From: Eledone cirrhosa
Taxonomy: Eukaryota
DNA: 64,000 nt
Reading direction: 5' to 3'
Assembly (NCBI GenBank): GCA_964016885.1
Contig: OZ024754.1
Location: 42,842,001 to 42,906,000 of the forward strand
The position numbers and the translations under genes are program-made. The notes under the pieces were generated by a model that worked only from the letters and a program-made list of their open reading frames with translations, had not been told where the DNA came from and made no database searches. Positions 1 to 13,809 of the stretch are shown here, in pieces (the stretch's first letter is position 1; every line of letters begins with the position of its first letter).

Positions 1-64
1 TATATATATATGTGTGTGTGTGTGTGTGATAAATATATATACATATGTACATATATAGACATAT

Positions 65-130
<66 letters not shown>

Positions 131-200
131 GTGTGTACGAACAAATGTATATTTAAAAATGTCATAAACCAACATCGTGCAATTTCTGAATATTGTCCTC

Positions 201-261
<61 letters not shown>

Positions 262-441
262 ACAGACACACAGACACACACAGATACACACAGAGACACA
301 CAGAGACACACACAGACACACACAGACACACACAGACGTAGAAACAAATACAAGGGAAGAGTGTCTGACTTAGGCACAAGCAGACGATCGGATAAATGTA
401 AAGATAAAGAAAATTATATATATTATCAATGTAAAGATAAA

Positions 442-492
<51 letters not shown>

Positions 493-862
493 GTGTGTGT
501 GTGAGTGTGTGTGTGTAAAATATATATATACGTATATATGTATATTTTAATATATATATATTTTAATATATATATATATATATATATAATTATATATATA
601 TATATACATATGTATATATATAAATATTTTCACTTCTGTATACAAATATGTGCGTGTCAATATATATATATATATATGTAAAAACATATATAGTTATACG
701 TCTGTATACACATATGTGTATATATATACTTATACGTACATATAAATATATTTCTATCTATCTATCTATCATATATATATGTAAAAATATATATAGTTAT
801 ACGTCTGTATACATATATGTGTATATATGTACTTACACGTATATATATATATATATATATAC

Positions 863-893
<31 letters not shown>

Positions 894-1084
894 TATACAC
901 ATGTATAGATGTGTGCATATACATATATATAGAGAGAGGTACGCAGGTCTCATAGTAGGTAATTAACAAGAAATATGCTTTTAATATTTGACCAATGCAT
1001 GCAATACAGATTAATCATTGTGACATGTAAATGAAGGCTTTGTGTGTGTGTGTATGCGTGTGTGTTTGGGGTGGTATGTGTGTG

Positions 1085-1124
<40 letters not shown>

Positions 1125-1443
1125 TGGAGTTGTATGTGGTTGTATATGTGTGGGTATATATATATATATATATATAAATATATATATATGTACATATATG
1201 TGTATATAATTATATATATATACATATATGAGTGTATGTATCTATATATACATATATATGTGAGAATGTATGTATATATATATATATATATATATAACGA
1301 AGTTAGACCAAGGGGATTGCCTCAATGAAAGAGATGAGCTTCTGGGAGAGGTAGAAGGAGTTAAAGCTTTACTCCCTGGAGCGGATTCGGGTGAGATACC
1401 CAGTGATATACATATGGAAGATCGTGGAAGGGTTAGCATCAAA

Positions 1444-1489
<46 letters not shown>

Positions 1490-1520
1490 GTATGTATGTA
1501 CACACACACATATATATATA

Positions 1521-1688
1521 TAACAAAGGAAATGTGGTAAGGAACCAGATGGACCATAACGCACCAGAGTACTCAATACTTAGGGTAGTAGAGTGGGAAA
1601 TAGGAAAAAGTATGACTCCGACGGCAGAGCTCAAGCCGGAAATAGCCGTCGAAACGGCTTGAGCTCTGCCGTCGGGGTCATACTTTTT

Positions 1689-1692
<4 letters not shown>
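1521..1692 (-). mobile_element. Penelope-like (PLE) 3'-end fragment, family A, with terminal fold-back hairpin, in (TA)n
   Basis: Near-identical to copies at 10769, 28555, 33798 and 54567. Arms 1601-1638 and 1655-1692 are inverted. Contains GAAA-CGGCTTGAGCTCTGCCG-TC (hammerhead 3' half). Confidence 0.75.
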
Positions 1693-1727
<35 letters not shown>

Positions 1728-1893
1728 AGGGTAAACATTGATGCAATTCAATTCAAGCACTCAACGTACTTTTTCCACATAGGAGTGACGGAGTAAATAT
1801 CGAATAAGGAAAAGCGAAGTAGTTTCAGATGTTCAAGTCCTTTATATCCTGGATTCTTACCACATTTTCTAGTTATTTATCTATTATCTCCCC

Positions 1894-1924
<31 letters not shown>

Positions 1925-2871
1925 ATTCTCTCTCTCTCTCTCACTCTCTCTCTCTCTCTATCTATCTGTCTATATCTATATCTATCTATATCTATATATG
2001 TGTAATGTATATATATGTACATGGCTTCGTTGTAGTGTTGCTGCGCAATTTCCTCGGGTGTGAAATTTTGGTTATCATGCTGGGAGTATTTCTGAAGGAG
2101 CTCATCCCCAACTCTCATAATATTATCTGTCCCACGTCAACAAATTTGTTCTATGGAATGGTTTCTAGGCTTTGTGGTTCGTGGATGTCGGAGGGGGGGG
2201 GGGATATGATGCGACACCGAAACGCTGTTTAGACTGATGTTATATCTCTGCTTCCCTGTTCACGTTTCTCATAAATGTGCTTTTATCATTGTTGATGTGG
2301 AAATTTCTGGTACCAATTAACACCTTTCGGAGTTAAACATCAATGGTTTCAATCTTATCTAGCATCCAGTAAAGTAGTTCAAATATTGGTGTAAACACAG
2401 GCACAGCAAATATATTGAGGGCTACTGATTTATTCTGCAGAGTTATGAAGACCATATTTTTACTTATTTCGATGTTATATTCCCTGGTTTCTCGTTCTTT
2501 GTTACAAATTACATTATGAGATCTAAGTATCTGTCTCTAAATATCTGTAACATTCTTCATTAGATAACTGTGAAACAGTGAAGCCATTGATAGAGATGTT
2601 GTTAGATTGACTTGTAGTTTTTCCTCGTTTTACAATCATACGGGAATATTTATCCTGGCCAAACTCCATCCTTATATCTTCCGAGGCCTCCGTGATATTT
2701 ATTGATTTAACCCTCATATATCTATAGGTCAATATTTGGTTTTGGCTGAATCTTTTGTTAATCATTTTCTTTTCGGCCACTCTCTTCTTATATCTGAATT
2801 TCTCGCAGACAATTCTCAATTCTCGTTTGAGCATGATCAACCATTATTGAAGAATTCTGCTTTTATTGTCT

Positions 2872-3531
2872 TTAACCCTTTACCATTTACATTACTCTAT
2901 ATATACTATTGTATTATCACAGTAAAGGCTTTACCTCACATAATATCTCACATACCATTTACATTACTCTATATATACTATTGTATTATCACAGTAAAGG
3001 CTTTACCTCACATAATATCTCACATAACATTTACATTACTCTATATATACTATTGTATTTTCACAGTAAAGACTTTACCTCACATAAGATCTCACATAAC
3101 ATTTACATTACTCTATATATACTATTGTATTGTCACAGTAAAGGCTTTACCTCACATAATATCTCACATAACATTTACATTACTCTATATATACTATTGT
3201 ATTTTCGTGGTAAAGGCTTTACCTCACATAATATCTGACATAACATTTACATTACTCTATATATACTATTGTATTGTCACAGTAAAGGCTTTACCTCACA
3301 TAATATCTCACATAACATTTACATTACTCTATATATACTATTGTATTTTCGTGGTAAAGGCTTTACCTCACATAATATCTCACATAATATCGAATGTATG
3401 ACATTTTGAAATTATTTATTTTGAGAACAATACCTTAACGTCGGTATGAGTGGCTGATTACGGACAGTTTGAACAGAAAGAGGTGAGAGAATTCAGGCCG
3501 GATATGGCCGGTCTAAATGCTAAAGGGTTAA
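2872..3531. mobile_element. piggyBac-like MITE with TTAA target duplication
   Basis: Termini TTAA-CCCTTTACCATTTA (2872) and TAAATGCTAAAGGG-TTAA (3531). Removing the element plus one TTAA rejoins the flanking LINE frame (…ELMFKDNKSRILQ…). Confidence 0.8.
2880..3390. repeat. 72-bp minisatellite, about 7 copies, inside the piggyBac-like MITE
   Basis: Unit ACATTACTCTATATATACTATTGTATT…CACATAACATTT recurs at 2889, 2961, 3033 and onward. Confidence 0.95.
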
Positions 3532-3649
3532 ACATCAATTCTATCTTATTTTTCACTCTTGTTGGTGAAGGGTGTAGTGATTTGTTTACATGTGATAAGC
3601 TTCATTTTGGTCCAAGGTTGACAGAAACTGTGCAGAAGCCAGTTGAATG

Positions 3650-3755
3650 GTCTGTACCCTTAGCAACCTCAGGGTTTCACGTTTCTGTGGAATACTCAGC
3701 CACTTGTAAATTTCCCGAGCAAACTGTCCCGATTAAACCGACGGAGTTTCATTCC
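3650..3755 (+). mobile_element. SINE 3' fragment (same family as 52355 and 63880)
   Basis: CTGTGGAATACTCAGCCACTTG…CGAGCA…ACCGACGGAG is shared with the other two copies. Confidence 0.55.
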
Positions 3756-3774
3756 ACACACACACAGACACTCG

Positions 3775-3848
<74 letters not shown>

Positions 3849-4175
3849 AGCACGTGTGTGTAATTATATCTGTAATATTTATGAGTTTGTTTCTCTGGAA
3901 GACGCATGCGTATTCGATAATATTGCATGACGTTAAGTAACGTGATCTTATTAAAAGCTACAACCTACAATTAAACACACATGTTTCTATATCAAACCAC
4001 ACACAAACACAAATATACACTCACGCCAAAACACATGTGCGTAGAAACTCAAATATACATTAAGGATTTAAGTCACCCAAATATTTAGGTATGCGTACAA
4101 TCATATATATATACATCAAAACACCCAGACATATACACATACATTCACAAACAGCATACATACAGATATAAATAT

Positions 4176-4237
<62 letters not shown>

Positions 4238-4240
<3 letters not shown>

Positions 4241-4400
4241 TTTATCCCGGGTTCAATCGGGGGTAACCACAGTAAGTAAGGTACTCAATACATAGCAGAG
4301 TATAAATATTTAATATAGAAATGGTTTCTACAGTACTAGAACTGTTTCATTCGGGAGAAATCATCAGGAGATCATCAGAATTCACTAGGGCTTCCTATAT
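4238..4400 (-). mobile_element. PLE 3'-end fragment, family B, containing a minimal hammerhead
   Basis: Reverse complement reads CTGATGA-tttctcccgaat-GAAA-CAGTtctagtACTG-TA. Homologous to 4976, 13086 and 28318. Flanked by (TA)n. Confidence 0.75.
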
Positions 4401-4513
4401 ATATATCGAGGGCGGCTGACCGAGGTAGAAGCTGCTAAATGGCCGGCCGTCCTCTTGTCTCTGATTTTCATCCCCATGGATTTTATCTGTTATATTTCTT
4501 TGTTATATTTTGA

Positions 4514-4571
4514 ATACCTGATGATGTCACCGGATTCATACTGAACCCGGTCATTGAAATGATCATAGTAT
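4514..4571 (+). ncRNA. Minimal type-I hammerhead ribozyme (helix-III palindrome TGATCA) within insert 4407-4620
   Basis: ATAC-CTGATGA(4518)-stem II accgg/ccggt-GAAA(4556)-TGATCA-TA^GTAT. Stem I is ATAC/GTAT. AATAAA follows at 4572. Confidence 0.8.
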
Positions 4572-4616
4572 AATAAACCTTTCAAGGATTTACACCAGTC
4601 CAGCCTCCTGTTATTT

Positions 4617-4685
<69 letters not shown>

Positions 4686-4686
4686 C

Positions 4687-4789
<103 letters not shown>

Positions 4790-4825
4790 AAGAAATTAAA
4801 AGATGGTTAAAAAAGTTCCATATAC

Positions 4826-4889
4826 TTTATTATGCGCATTTCGAAAACAACATCACCCTGGGACAAAAATTGTGTTCTCATCAGATAAA
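4826..4889 (-). ncRNA. Minimal type-I hammerhead ribozyme (palindrome TGCGCA) within insert 4787-4925
   Basis: Reverse complement: TTTAT-CTGATGA-gaacac…gttttc-GAAA-TGCGCA-TA^ATAAA, with a 5-bp stem I. Confidence 0.82.
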
Positions 4890-4919
4890 ATAAGGTAACA
4901 TTATATGAGGCATAAAAAC

Positions 4920-4975
<56 letters not shown>

Positions 4976-4979
<4 letters not shown>

Positions 4980-5180
4980 ATATAGAAATGGGTTCTACAG
5001 GACTAGAACTGTTTTATTCGAGAGAAATCATCAGGAAGCTCTGATGATTTCTGATGATTTCTCCCGAATGAAACAGTTCTAGTACTGTAGAAGCCTTTTC
5101 TATATTAAATATTTATACTCTGCTATTTATTGAGTACCTTACTCACTGTGGTTACCCCCGATTGAACCCGGGACAAACTT
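4976..5180 (+). mobile_element. PLE family B fold-back insertion carrying hammerheads on both strands
   Basis: Inverted arms 4976-5035 and 5051-5107. Plus strand: CTGATGA(5051)…GAAA(5070)-CAGTTCTAGTACTG-TA^GAAG. Confidence 0.8.
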
Positions 5181-5194
5181 ATATATATATATAT

Positions 5195-5385
5195 AATAAC
5201 TGTTTCTATTTTAGGCACAAGGCCATCAATTACCCAGTACATTACTGGTACTTTATTTTATCGACCCCGTAAGGATGAAAGGCAAAGTTAACCTCGGCGG
5301 GATTTGAACTCAGTCCGTAAAGGGACTTAACTATGCTGCAAAGCATGGCGTCCGACCCTCTACGGATACTGCCATTCACCGCCCC
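5195..5385 (-). mobile_element. tRNA-derived SINE (main window family)
   Basis: Reverse complement has A-box-like TGGCAGTATCCG, B box GTTCAAATCC, conserved body TTTGCCTTTCATCCTTACGGGGTCGATAAA and an (ATT)n tail. Confidence 0.85.
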
Positions 5386-5492
5386 TATATATATATATAT
5401 ATAATAACATCATCTGATGTTATGTTTGATTCCATATAAAATAGGAAGACCAACGGACCCCAAAAACATAACATTGTGTTCCAGTTCCACCA

Positions 5493-5655
5493 TTATTGTT
5501 GCTTGAATGGATGACATGGACCAAGAAACAGTTTATCCATCCAGTGCAGTAGATTTCCACGGAATCTAATGCTGGATATATCTTCAACAGATTGCTGTAG
5601 CCAAGGTTTTACTACATTCAAAAACATCTGTGCTGGAGCTGAGAGGAGCTCACAT
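5493..5655 (-). CDS. Candidate terminal coding exon of an unidentified gene
   Basis: T-rich acceptor TTTAG at 5656 is followed by an open, non-repetitive frame CELLSAPAQMFLNVVKPWLQQSVEDISSIRFRGNLLHWMDKLFLGPCHPFKQQ*. No family recognised. Confidence 0.35.
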
Positions 5656-5997
5656 CTAAAAAAATTAAAGATGTCACAGTGATGTAGAAGCTGTGTTAGG
5701 TTGCGTCTCTTGTACAACGAAATATATACACATACATACATAGATACTTTTATATACAGGGCTACAGTATAATGCCCGAAACTAAAACAACACTATCCCC
5801 ACCTCTACCCTAACATACATATATAGACGTACATAGTTAGAGACAAATGCAAACAAACATAACATGGTAAGAATAAGATCTTTATACTTATTTAACTCTT
5901 TATATAAGTTGCACGTGGAACCTTAGACTATTAACGATTTAGTGCTAACAGGTACACACACATGTATATATATATATATGCGCCTGTTTGTATGTGC

Positions 5998-6147
<150 letters not shown>

Positions 6148-6174
6148 GTATATATATATATGTATATATATATG

Positions 6175-6219
<45 letters not shown>

Positions 6220-6470
6220 GTGTGTTTGTATGTGCATGTATATATGTATGTATATATATATATATATGTCTGTATCTGCATGTATATGTGTGTGTGTATA
6301 TATATATATATATATGTCTGTATCTGCATGTATATGTGTATATATATATATATATATGTGGGTGTATGTGTGTATATTTGTATGTGTGTATATATATACG
6401 TATGTTTGTATGTGCATGCATATGTGTATATATATATATATGCGTATATATATGTGTGTGTATATTTGTA

Positions 6471-6536
<66 letters not shown>

Positions 6537-7076
6537 ACTGTGTATTTGTATGTATATATACACATATATATCTGTGTGCGTGTGACTGTGTATGTGTACG
6601 GATCATTGGGCGGCGTGTATTTATGCGGCGGAGCGGCTGCATGTCCGTCAACGTCTCATTCTCCCCCACCCTCGCCCCTTCCCCACCCACCCACACGCCC
6701 TTCCAGTGGTATTCCTTTGATCTTACCACGCAGACTTTCTCTTTTCGCCCTCAGTTCCAACTTAATTCATTTATTTGCTTTTTCTGCTTATCTTAAAACT
6801 CTACATGAAAAGAAAAAACAAAATGGCTGCTAGCATTTCTAACGTCTTCATATCTACGCTAGTATCACCTAAATGTTTTTTGTTTTGTCTTGTTTTGTCC
6901 TACCACAGTTACCTCCCCCTCGCCCCACTCACTTCTGTCTATATACTACAAACAACAGTTGTACTAAGACAAGCAACCTTTCTTCATACACCAACTACTT
7001 TTTCTTTCTCTTTGACTATATAACCCCCCCCCCCCTCTCTGTGTGTATATATATATATATATATATACATACATAC

Positions 7077-7137
<61 letters not shown>

Positions 7138-7195
7138 AATATATATATATGTGTGTGTGTATATATATATGTATATGTATATATATATATACACA

Positions 7196-7251
<56 letters not shown>

Positions 7252-7529
7252 CAGTGAACTCCCGGCATATGCGATCCCGACACTCGCACTACCGGTTATT
7301 CGCGGAAGTTTCCTTAGAAGCTAACTAATAATTGTTCGTGGAAACCACCGTATATTCGCGTTTTAACGCTAAATTATTAATAACAATATACCATATTTGC
7401 TTGCCTATATTTTACGCTATATTTTGACGTTTATAGGTATTTTCATGGACCACGTCCAATATTCGCGGCTTTTAAAAGCCTTCGCAGGTGCTCTAGGAGC
7501 GTAACACCCACGAATACCGGGGGAAAACT

Positions 7530-7530
<1 letters not shown>
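7252..7530. mobile_element. Tc1/pogo (Tigger-like) MITE
   Basis: TA-flanked, with imperfect TIRs CAGTGAACTCCCGGCATATGCG / CACGAATACCGGGGGAAAACTG. Second partial copy at 34093. Confidence 0.7.
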
Positions 7531-7603
<73 letters not shown>

Positions 7604-7708
7604 TAGAATTAAAAAGGACAACAAGGTGCTGTGTGGTTACTAATAAAGAAGGTTTAGAAATATAAGGAAAACACAGACGACGATTCCCCTCATCAGTTGT
7701 CTGCTGCG

Positions 7709-7795
<87 letters not shown>

Positions 7796-8276
7796 GTGTG
7801 TGCTGATACATATGTACTATTGAAGAGAAACAATGTGCACTGCAGAAGTCTGAAGTGAGATATAAGACATACTATTGATACGTAGTAAGTAGTTGGCCCT
7901 TATCAAAATACTATTTAAACTTTCAGATTTGTGGGACACACGTTAATAGGTTCACCAGTCGCCCATATGTGTACTCCTATATATGGGCTGAGGTCACAAT
8001 GTATATTAACTAGTTTACACATAATCACAGGCATTCAATAATATGTACAATATATATGAATATAAATATATATTTTTATATATTTATATTATATATATTT
8101 ATTATATATATATATATATATAATATATATTTTTATATATGTATATATATGAATATATTTATAAATATATATATCATATATGTATATATATATATATATA
8201 ATATATATTTTTATATATGTATATGATATATATATATATAATATATATATATATATAATATATATATATATAATAT

Positions 8277-8360
<84 letters not shown>

Positions 8361-8431
8361 TATATTTATAAATATATATCTCATATATGTATATATATAT
8401 ATATATATGTGTGTGTATACGTATGTATATA

Positions 8432-8529
<98 letters not shown>

Positions 8530-8608
8530 GTGTGTGCGTGTATGTATATATATATATGTGTGTGTGGATATATATAAGCATATATACATATATATATATT
8601 TATGTATA

Positions 8609-8652
<44 letters not shown>

Positions 8653-8901
8653 CACATACATTTATCTACCTACCTAAATATATACATAAGTATTTATGTG
8701 TTGTCTATATGAAGAGCATTAGAGCGTGTAACCAGTCTGTAAATCTGTAAAGAAATATATGTCACCATTCAAGTCTTTACTGAGAGACTTCAGCAATTTA
8801 CATTGGAGTGTATTTCACCCGAACTGAACACTTTTCACATTTCTATTGCTGCATGAAGTTTTTCTCTCACAAATGGTTCACAGATGTTTCCTTTCACAAC
8901 C

Positions 8902-8960
<59 letters not shown>

Positions 8961-8963
<3 letters not shown>

Positions 8964-9252
8964 CAGAATTAGTTTTTAAGTTTTTACCGGTTGCGCATTT
9001 CTAAATGCTTTTCAAAAATAATTTAGAAATAGAGTGTCCGTGCTGTTTGCTCTGATCAGAGCAAACAGCACGGACACTCTATCTCAAAATTATTTTTGAA
9101 AAGCATTTAGAAATGCTCAACCGGTAAAAACTTAAAAACTTAAAACCACAACTGAATACTAACCCATACAATCACTAATACTCTTTTATTCCTAATTAAA
9201 CCATTTTTCAACTGTGAACAATTTGTCAGCATTTTCTATTCCGTTTACCAAT
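8961..9252 (+). mobile_element. PLE-like fold-back insertion (family F) with variant hammerhead core
   Basis: Inverted arms of about 85 bp centred on CTGATCAG (9052-9059). GA-gca…tgc-GCAA-CCGG-TA. Non-hairpin copy at 61315. Confidence 0.7.
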
Positions 9253-9357
9253 ATATATATATATATATATATATTTGCTCTACGGTTCTTATATATTTGA
9301 TATATATTTATCCTTATCGATCCCTCTTTGGATTTTAGTCTTCAAATTTATTATTAT

Positions 9358-9435
<78 letters not shown>

Positions 9436-9441
<6 letters not shown>

Positions 9442-9532
9442 AAGTTCACGATCCCGACGGCAGAACTCAAGCAGTTTCGACAGCTATTTCTGGACGAGTC
9501 CAGAAATAACCATTGAAATGGCTTGAGCTCTG
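9436..9532. mobile_element. Diverged family A fold-back
   Basis: CCCGACGGCAGAACTCAAGCAGTTTCGACAGCTATTTCTGGAC followed by its inverted copy. Confidence 0.6.
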
Positions 9533-9558
9533 TTGGAAACTTTGCCTTCGAAGAATCG

Positions 9559-9655
9559 AGACGTATCTGAGGATCTTGCGATTTCAGAGTCAGGTTCGAT
9601 CATTGCATCGATCGTGCCTGGAGCTGGTCGCCAGAGAAACGATTGTAATATGTCT
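9559..9655 (+). ncRNA. Type-I hammerhead ribozyme (helix III CGATTG, near-palindrome CGATCG)
   Basis: AGACGTAT-CTGAGGA(9567)-tcttgcga…tcgccaga-GAAA(9636)-CGATTG-TA^ATATGTCT. 8-bp stem I with one G-U pair. AATAAA at 9656; element ends in (TA)n near 9702. Confidence 0.8.
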
Positions 9656-9845
9656 AATAAATTTTAATTCGTCGCACCACTGATTCTCCGTTTCTTATGT
9701 GATATATATACATATATATATATGATTAGAATTTCGTATTTCAGAAGAAATATGGTATGTTTAAAATAAATATTTAGAGAGCCGTAGCTATGCCAAAAGA
9801 CCAGCGACTTACGCCTTCTGGTGGTGTCCAGCAGCTGCAAGGGGG

Positions 9846-9905
<60 letters not shown>

Positions 9906-9907
9906 TA

Positions 9908-9979
<72 letters not shown>

Positions 9980-10222
9980 GTAATATAAATAATAGTCAAC
10001 ATTAATTTAGTGGAGAGGCGAGAGGTGAGAGGTGAGATCATTTGAAATGGAGTTGAGATAGGAAATGTGATTAATGTTTTCTCAAGAGTCAAGCGAAGCT
10101 GAGCAGTGGTGGGCGTGGCGGAGATTTAACTAATGCCGGCCAAACACCGCCTTTTATTCCTCCTCTTCTCTCTCTCTCTATCTCTCTCTCTCTCTGTGTG
10201 TCTCTCCCCATACACACAGAGA

Positions 10223-10295
<73 letters not shown>

Positions 10296-10574
10296 TCTAA
10301 TTAGCTATCTCTCTATCTGTTTGTCTAATCTGACCATCTATATTCTATATGTCTGTCCAACTGTTTATCTATCAATCAAAGAATGCTTGCGTATATCTCT
10401 CTCTCCACATACACACACACACACATGCACACACGCGCGCGCACACGCAAACACACACACACATACGCGCGCGCACACACACACTCACACACATATGGGG
10501 CCCAAGTTTGTCGACCACCTCGCGGAGGTCCCTGGAAACTAACGACAACAACCTGAGACCTACTTATATAAAGA

Positions 10575-10610
<36 letters not shown>

Positions 10611-10617
10611 AATATAT

Positions 10618-10727
10618 ATTTATTAAAATAACAGATTAAAGTTTAAGCAAAGAATCGCTGCTTTCACCCTTAAGATCCCGTTATAAGGGTGAAAGTAGCG
10701 ATTCTTTGCTTAAACTTTAATCTGTTA

Positions 10728-10735
<8 letters not shown>
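10618..10735. repeat. Fold-back insert in (TA)n, probably PLE-derived
   Basis: Inverted arms of about 50 bp. One arm recurs at 28501-28545. GAAA-GCAGC is present but there is no canonical cleavage triplet. Confidence 0.6.
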
Positions 10736-10768
<33 letters not shown>

Positions 10769-10770
<2 letters not shown>

Positions 10771-10975
10771 CGAAGGAAATGTGGTAAGGAACCAGGTGGA
10801 CCATAACGCACCAAAGTACTCAATACTTAGGGTAGTAGAGTGGGTAATAAGAACGAGTAGGACCCCGACGGCTGAGCTCAAGCCGTTTCGACGGCTAATT
10901 CTGGACTAAATCATAGTCCAGAATTAGCGGTCGAAACGGCTTGAGCTCAGCCGTCGGGGTCCTACTCGTTCCTAT
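10769..10975 (-). mobile_element. PLE family A fold-back insertion
   Basis: Full 3' end plus an inverted partial copy. GAAA-CGGCTTGAGCTCAGCCG-TC on both strands. Confidence 0.8.
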
Positions 10976-11385
10976 AAATATATATATATATATGTATTTA
11001 AATCTATATATGATGGCTGTATCTCACTTGATTGTTTTCTTATATATGGATGGCACAAAGATGACTTTTTAACCCAAGCGCAGGACTTAGATTCCTTTCT
11101 TTATATGCTGCAGCGGAAAAAAATATCTTTTTCAGCTACAACCTGACTTGCTCCCGCAAAACAAGTGTACGACGTTTAGATCAAGTGATACCTATGTTTG
11201 AAGCTTTTTATTTTAGTGAAGAAAGGCCCGGCACTGGACCAATTCCACTTTCTGAACAACAGTGACAGGTTTCCAAAAAGAACAGGTTAATATCATTGAT
11301 TGGCCGCGAGTTGAGGGTTTTATATCAAAGTTTTCCTTCTCCTCACTTTCGGCGGGTTAACAGTGCATTATATATATATATATAC

Positions 11386-11458
<73 letters not shown>

Positions 11459-11611
11459 GTCCCATAACTCCTGCTAGAGTCGTAGGGGTGCCGTATTGAC
11501 ATATGGCGTTTCTTGGACATTTTAAGCCTGGCGGAGCCCATCCCTCTCCAGGCCTGGTGATTTCATATATACAGACATACATACACACATATTCAGGTAC
11601 GCACACACATA

Positions 11612-11666
<55 letters not shown>

Positions 11667-12157
11667 AACTAAATCAAGAAATAAAAAAAAAATGTCTTTA
11701 AAAAAAATGATGGCTGAAAATACAAAACAGAAAGTGATAAAGCGCGTCAAGGAAGAAGATTAGGGTGTAAAGTTGTATCTGTTTATTAAACAACCTAGGT
11801 GATGATGTTAGGGGTAAAGATGGCGGCTATAATTAGGGAGTGTAAGTTGCTCATTGAAGAGGTGAACGGAAGTTAATGAATCACCATAATTATAGGGTTG
11901 TGAAGCTGATAAAATACACTGAAACATGTGGTGATGGTGGTAGCCATTTTAAGTCTTCTGGCGGATGTTTTATCATTCTGGTGGCCCCAACTTCCGTTAA
12001 CTGCTGCTACTGCTGCTGTTGCGGTTGCTGCTACTGCTGCTGTTGCTGCTACAGCTACTAATATTGCGGTTGCTGCTACTACTGCTGTTGCTGCTACAGC
12101 TACTAATATTGCGGTTGCTGCTACTGTTGCTGCTACTACTGTTGTGGTTGCTGCTAC

Positions 12158-12192
<35 letters not shown>

Positions 12193-12284
12193 TTGCTGCT
12201 GCTGCTGCTGCTGCTGTTGCTGATGATGATGATATTGGTCTTGATACACTGCTGCTGCTATTATTGTTATTGCTGTTCTTTACG

Positions 12285-12710
<426 letters not shown>

Positions 12711-12752
12711 TATATATATTACATTTATAGTATTCAGCCATGTGGAGCAAAA

Positions 12753-12810
<58 letters not shown>

Positions 12811-12816
<6 letters not shown>

Positions 12817-13065
12817 GTGAGGTTTTTTTTACAAAATGAAAAATAACCGAGGTGTCCTACACGAGTGAAAGTATAAAGAAAAAGAGATGAAATCGAAAAT
12901 GCAACTGTGGTTTTTCTCGTGAGAAAAACCACAGACCCTCCATCTCAACTCACCTTTTGAAAAGCAGAAGAACTGCGAAACCGGTAAAGGAACCAAATAA
13001 ATATATATATTTAAAAAAAAAATAAGACTCCAGTTGCATTTTCGATTTCATCTCTTTTTCTTTAT
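12811..13065. mobile_element. PLE-like nested fold-back insertion (family L)
   Basis: Inverted arms at about 12871-12906 and 13031-13065. GAAA(12977)-CCGG-TA^AAGG followed by AATAAA. Homologous fragment at 34014-34090. Confidence 0.65.
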
Positions 13066-13085
13066 ATATATATATATATATATAT

Positions 13086-13288
13086 ACGTTATTCCGGGTT
13101 GAATCGGAGGTAGCCACAGTAAGTAAGGTACTCAATACATAGCAGAGTATAAAAGTTTTAATATAGATGAGATTCTACAGGACTAGAACTGTTTCATTCT
13201 TTAGAAATCATTAGGAATCTCCTGATTCCTGACGATTTCTAAAGAATGAAACAGTTCTAGTCCTGTAGAGTCTCATCTATATTAAATA
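13086..13288 (-). mobile_element. PLE family B fold-back insertion with hammerhead
   Basis: Plus arm reads GATTC-CTGACGA(13229)…GAAA(13248)-CAGTTCTAGTCCTG-TA^GAGTC. Inverted arm at 13157-13220. Confidence 0.78.
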
Positions 13289-13348
13289 TATATATATATA
13301 TATATTTATTTATATATTTATATATATATATATATATATTTATTTATA

Positions 13349-13487
<139 letters not shown>

Positions 13488-13492
13488 TTATA

Positions 13493-13583
<91 letters not shown>

Positions 13584-13588
13584 TTATA

Positions 13589-13716
<128 letters not shown>

Positions 13717-13721
13717 TATAA

Positions 13722-13797
<76 letters not shown>

Positions 13798-13809
13798 ATA
13801 TAAATATAT

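Larger units (their letters stand above)
2030..3575 (-). mobile_element. Decayed R4/Dong-like (RLE-type) non-LTR retrotransposon fragment, interrupted by a MITE
   Basis: Minus-strand translation gives MEFGQDKY..MIVKRGK...EECYRYLE, KSVALNIFAVPVFT and NFHIN..HIYEKREQGSRD. These resemble the RT-thumb motifs MxFGxDKC/YKYLG/LYxxRxxGGRGL. Stops and frameshifts present. Confidence 0.75.

Noticed and set aside
1601-1692. Hairpins as rho-independent terminators or pre-miRNAs
   Set aside because: Eukaryotic DNA, and the arms are inverted copies of a dispersed repeat with variable apices, which fits insertion by-products.
2736-3401. 221-aa ORF with 24-aa hydrophobic repeats
   Set aside because: Read-through of a 72-bp minisatellite inside a MITE.
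7603-7710. Hammerhead at minus-strand CTGATGA (7695-7689)
   Set aside because: No downstream GAAA/helix III/cleavage site; at most a remnant.
8674-8744. Possible minus-strand internal exon (TTTACAG…TAG|GTAGGT)
   Set aside because: Stop codons in all three frames; cannot be supported as coding.
9977-10160. Possible further PLE endonuclease C-terminal remnant (also 24520-24620 and 25060-25180)
   Set aside because: Similarity is too weak to call without a profile search.
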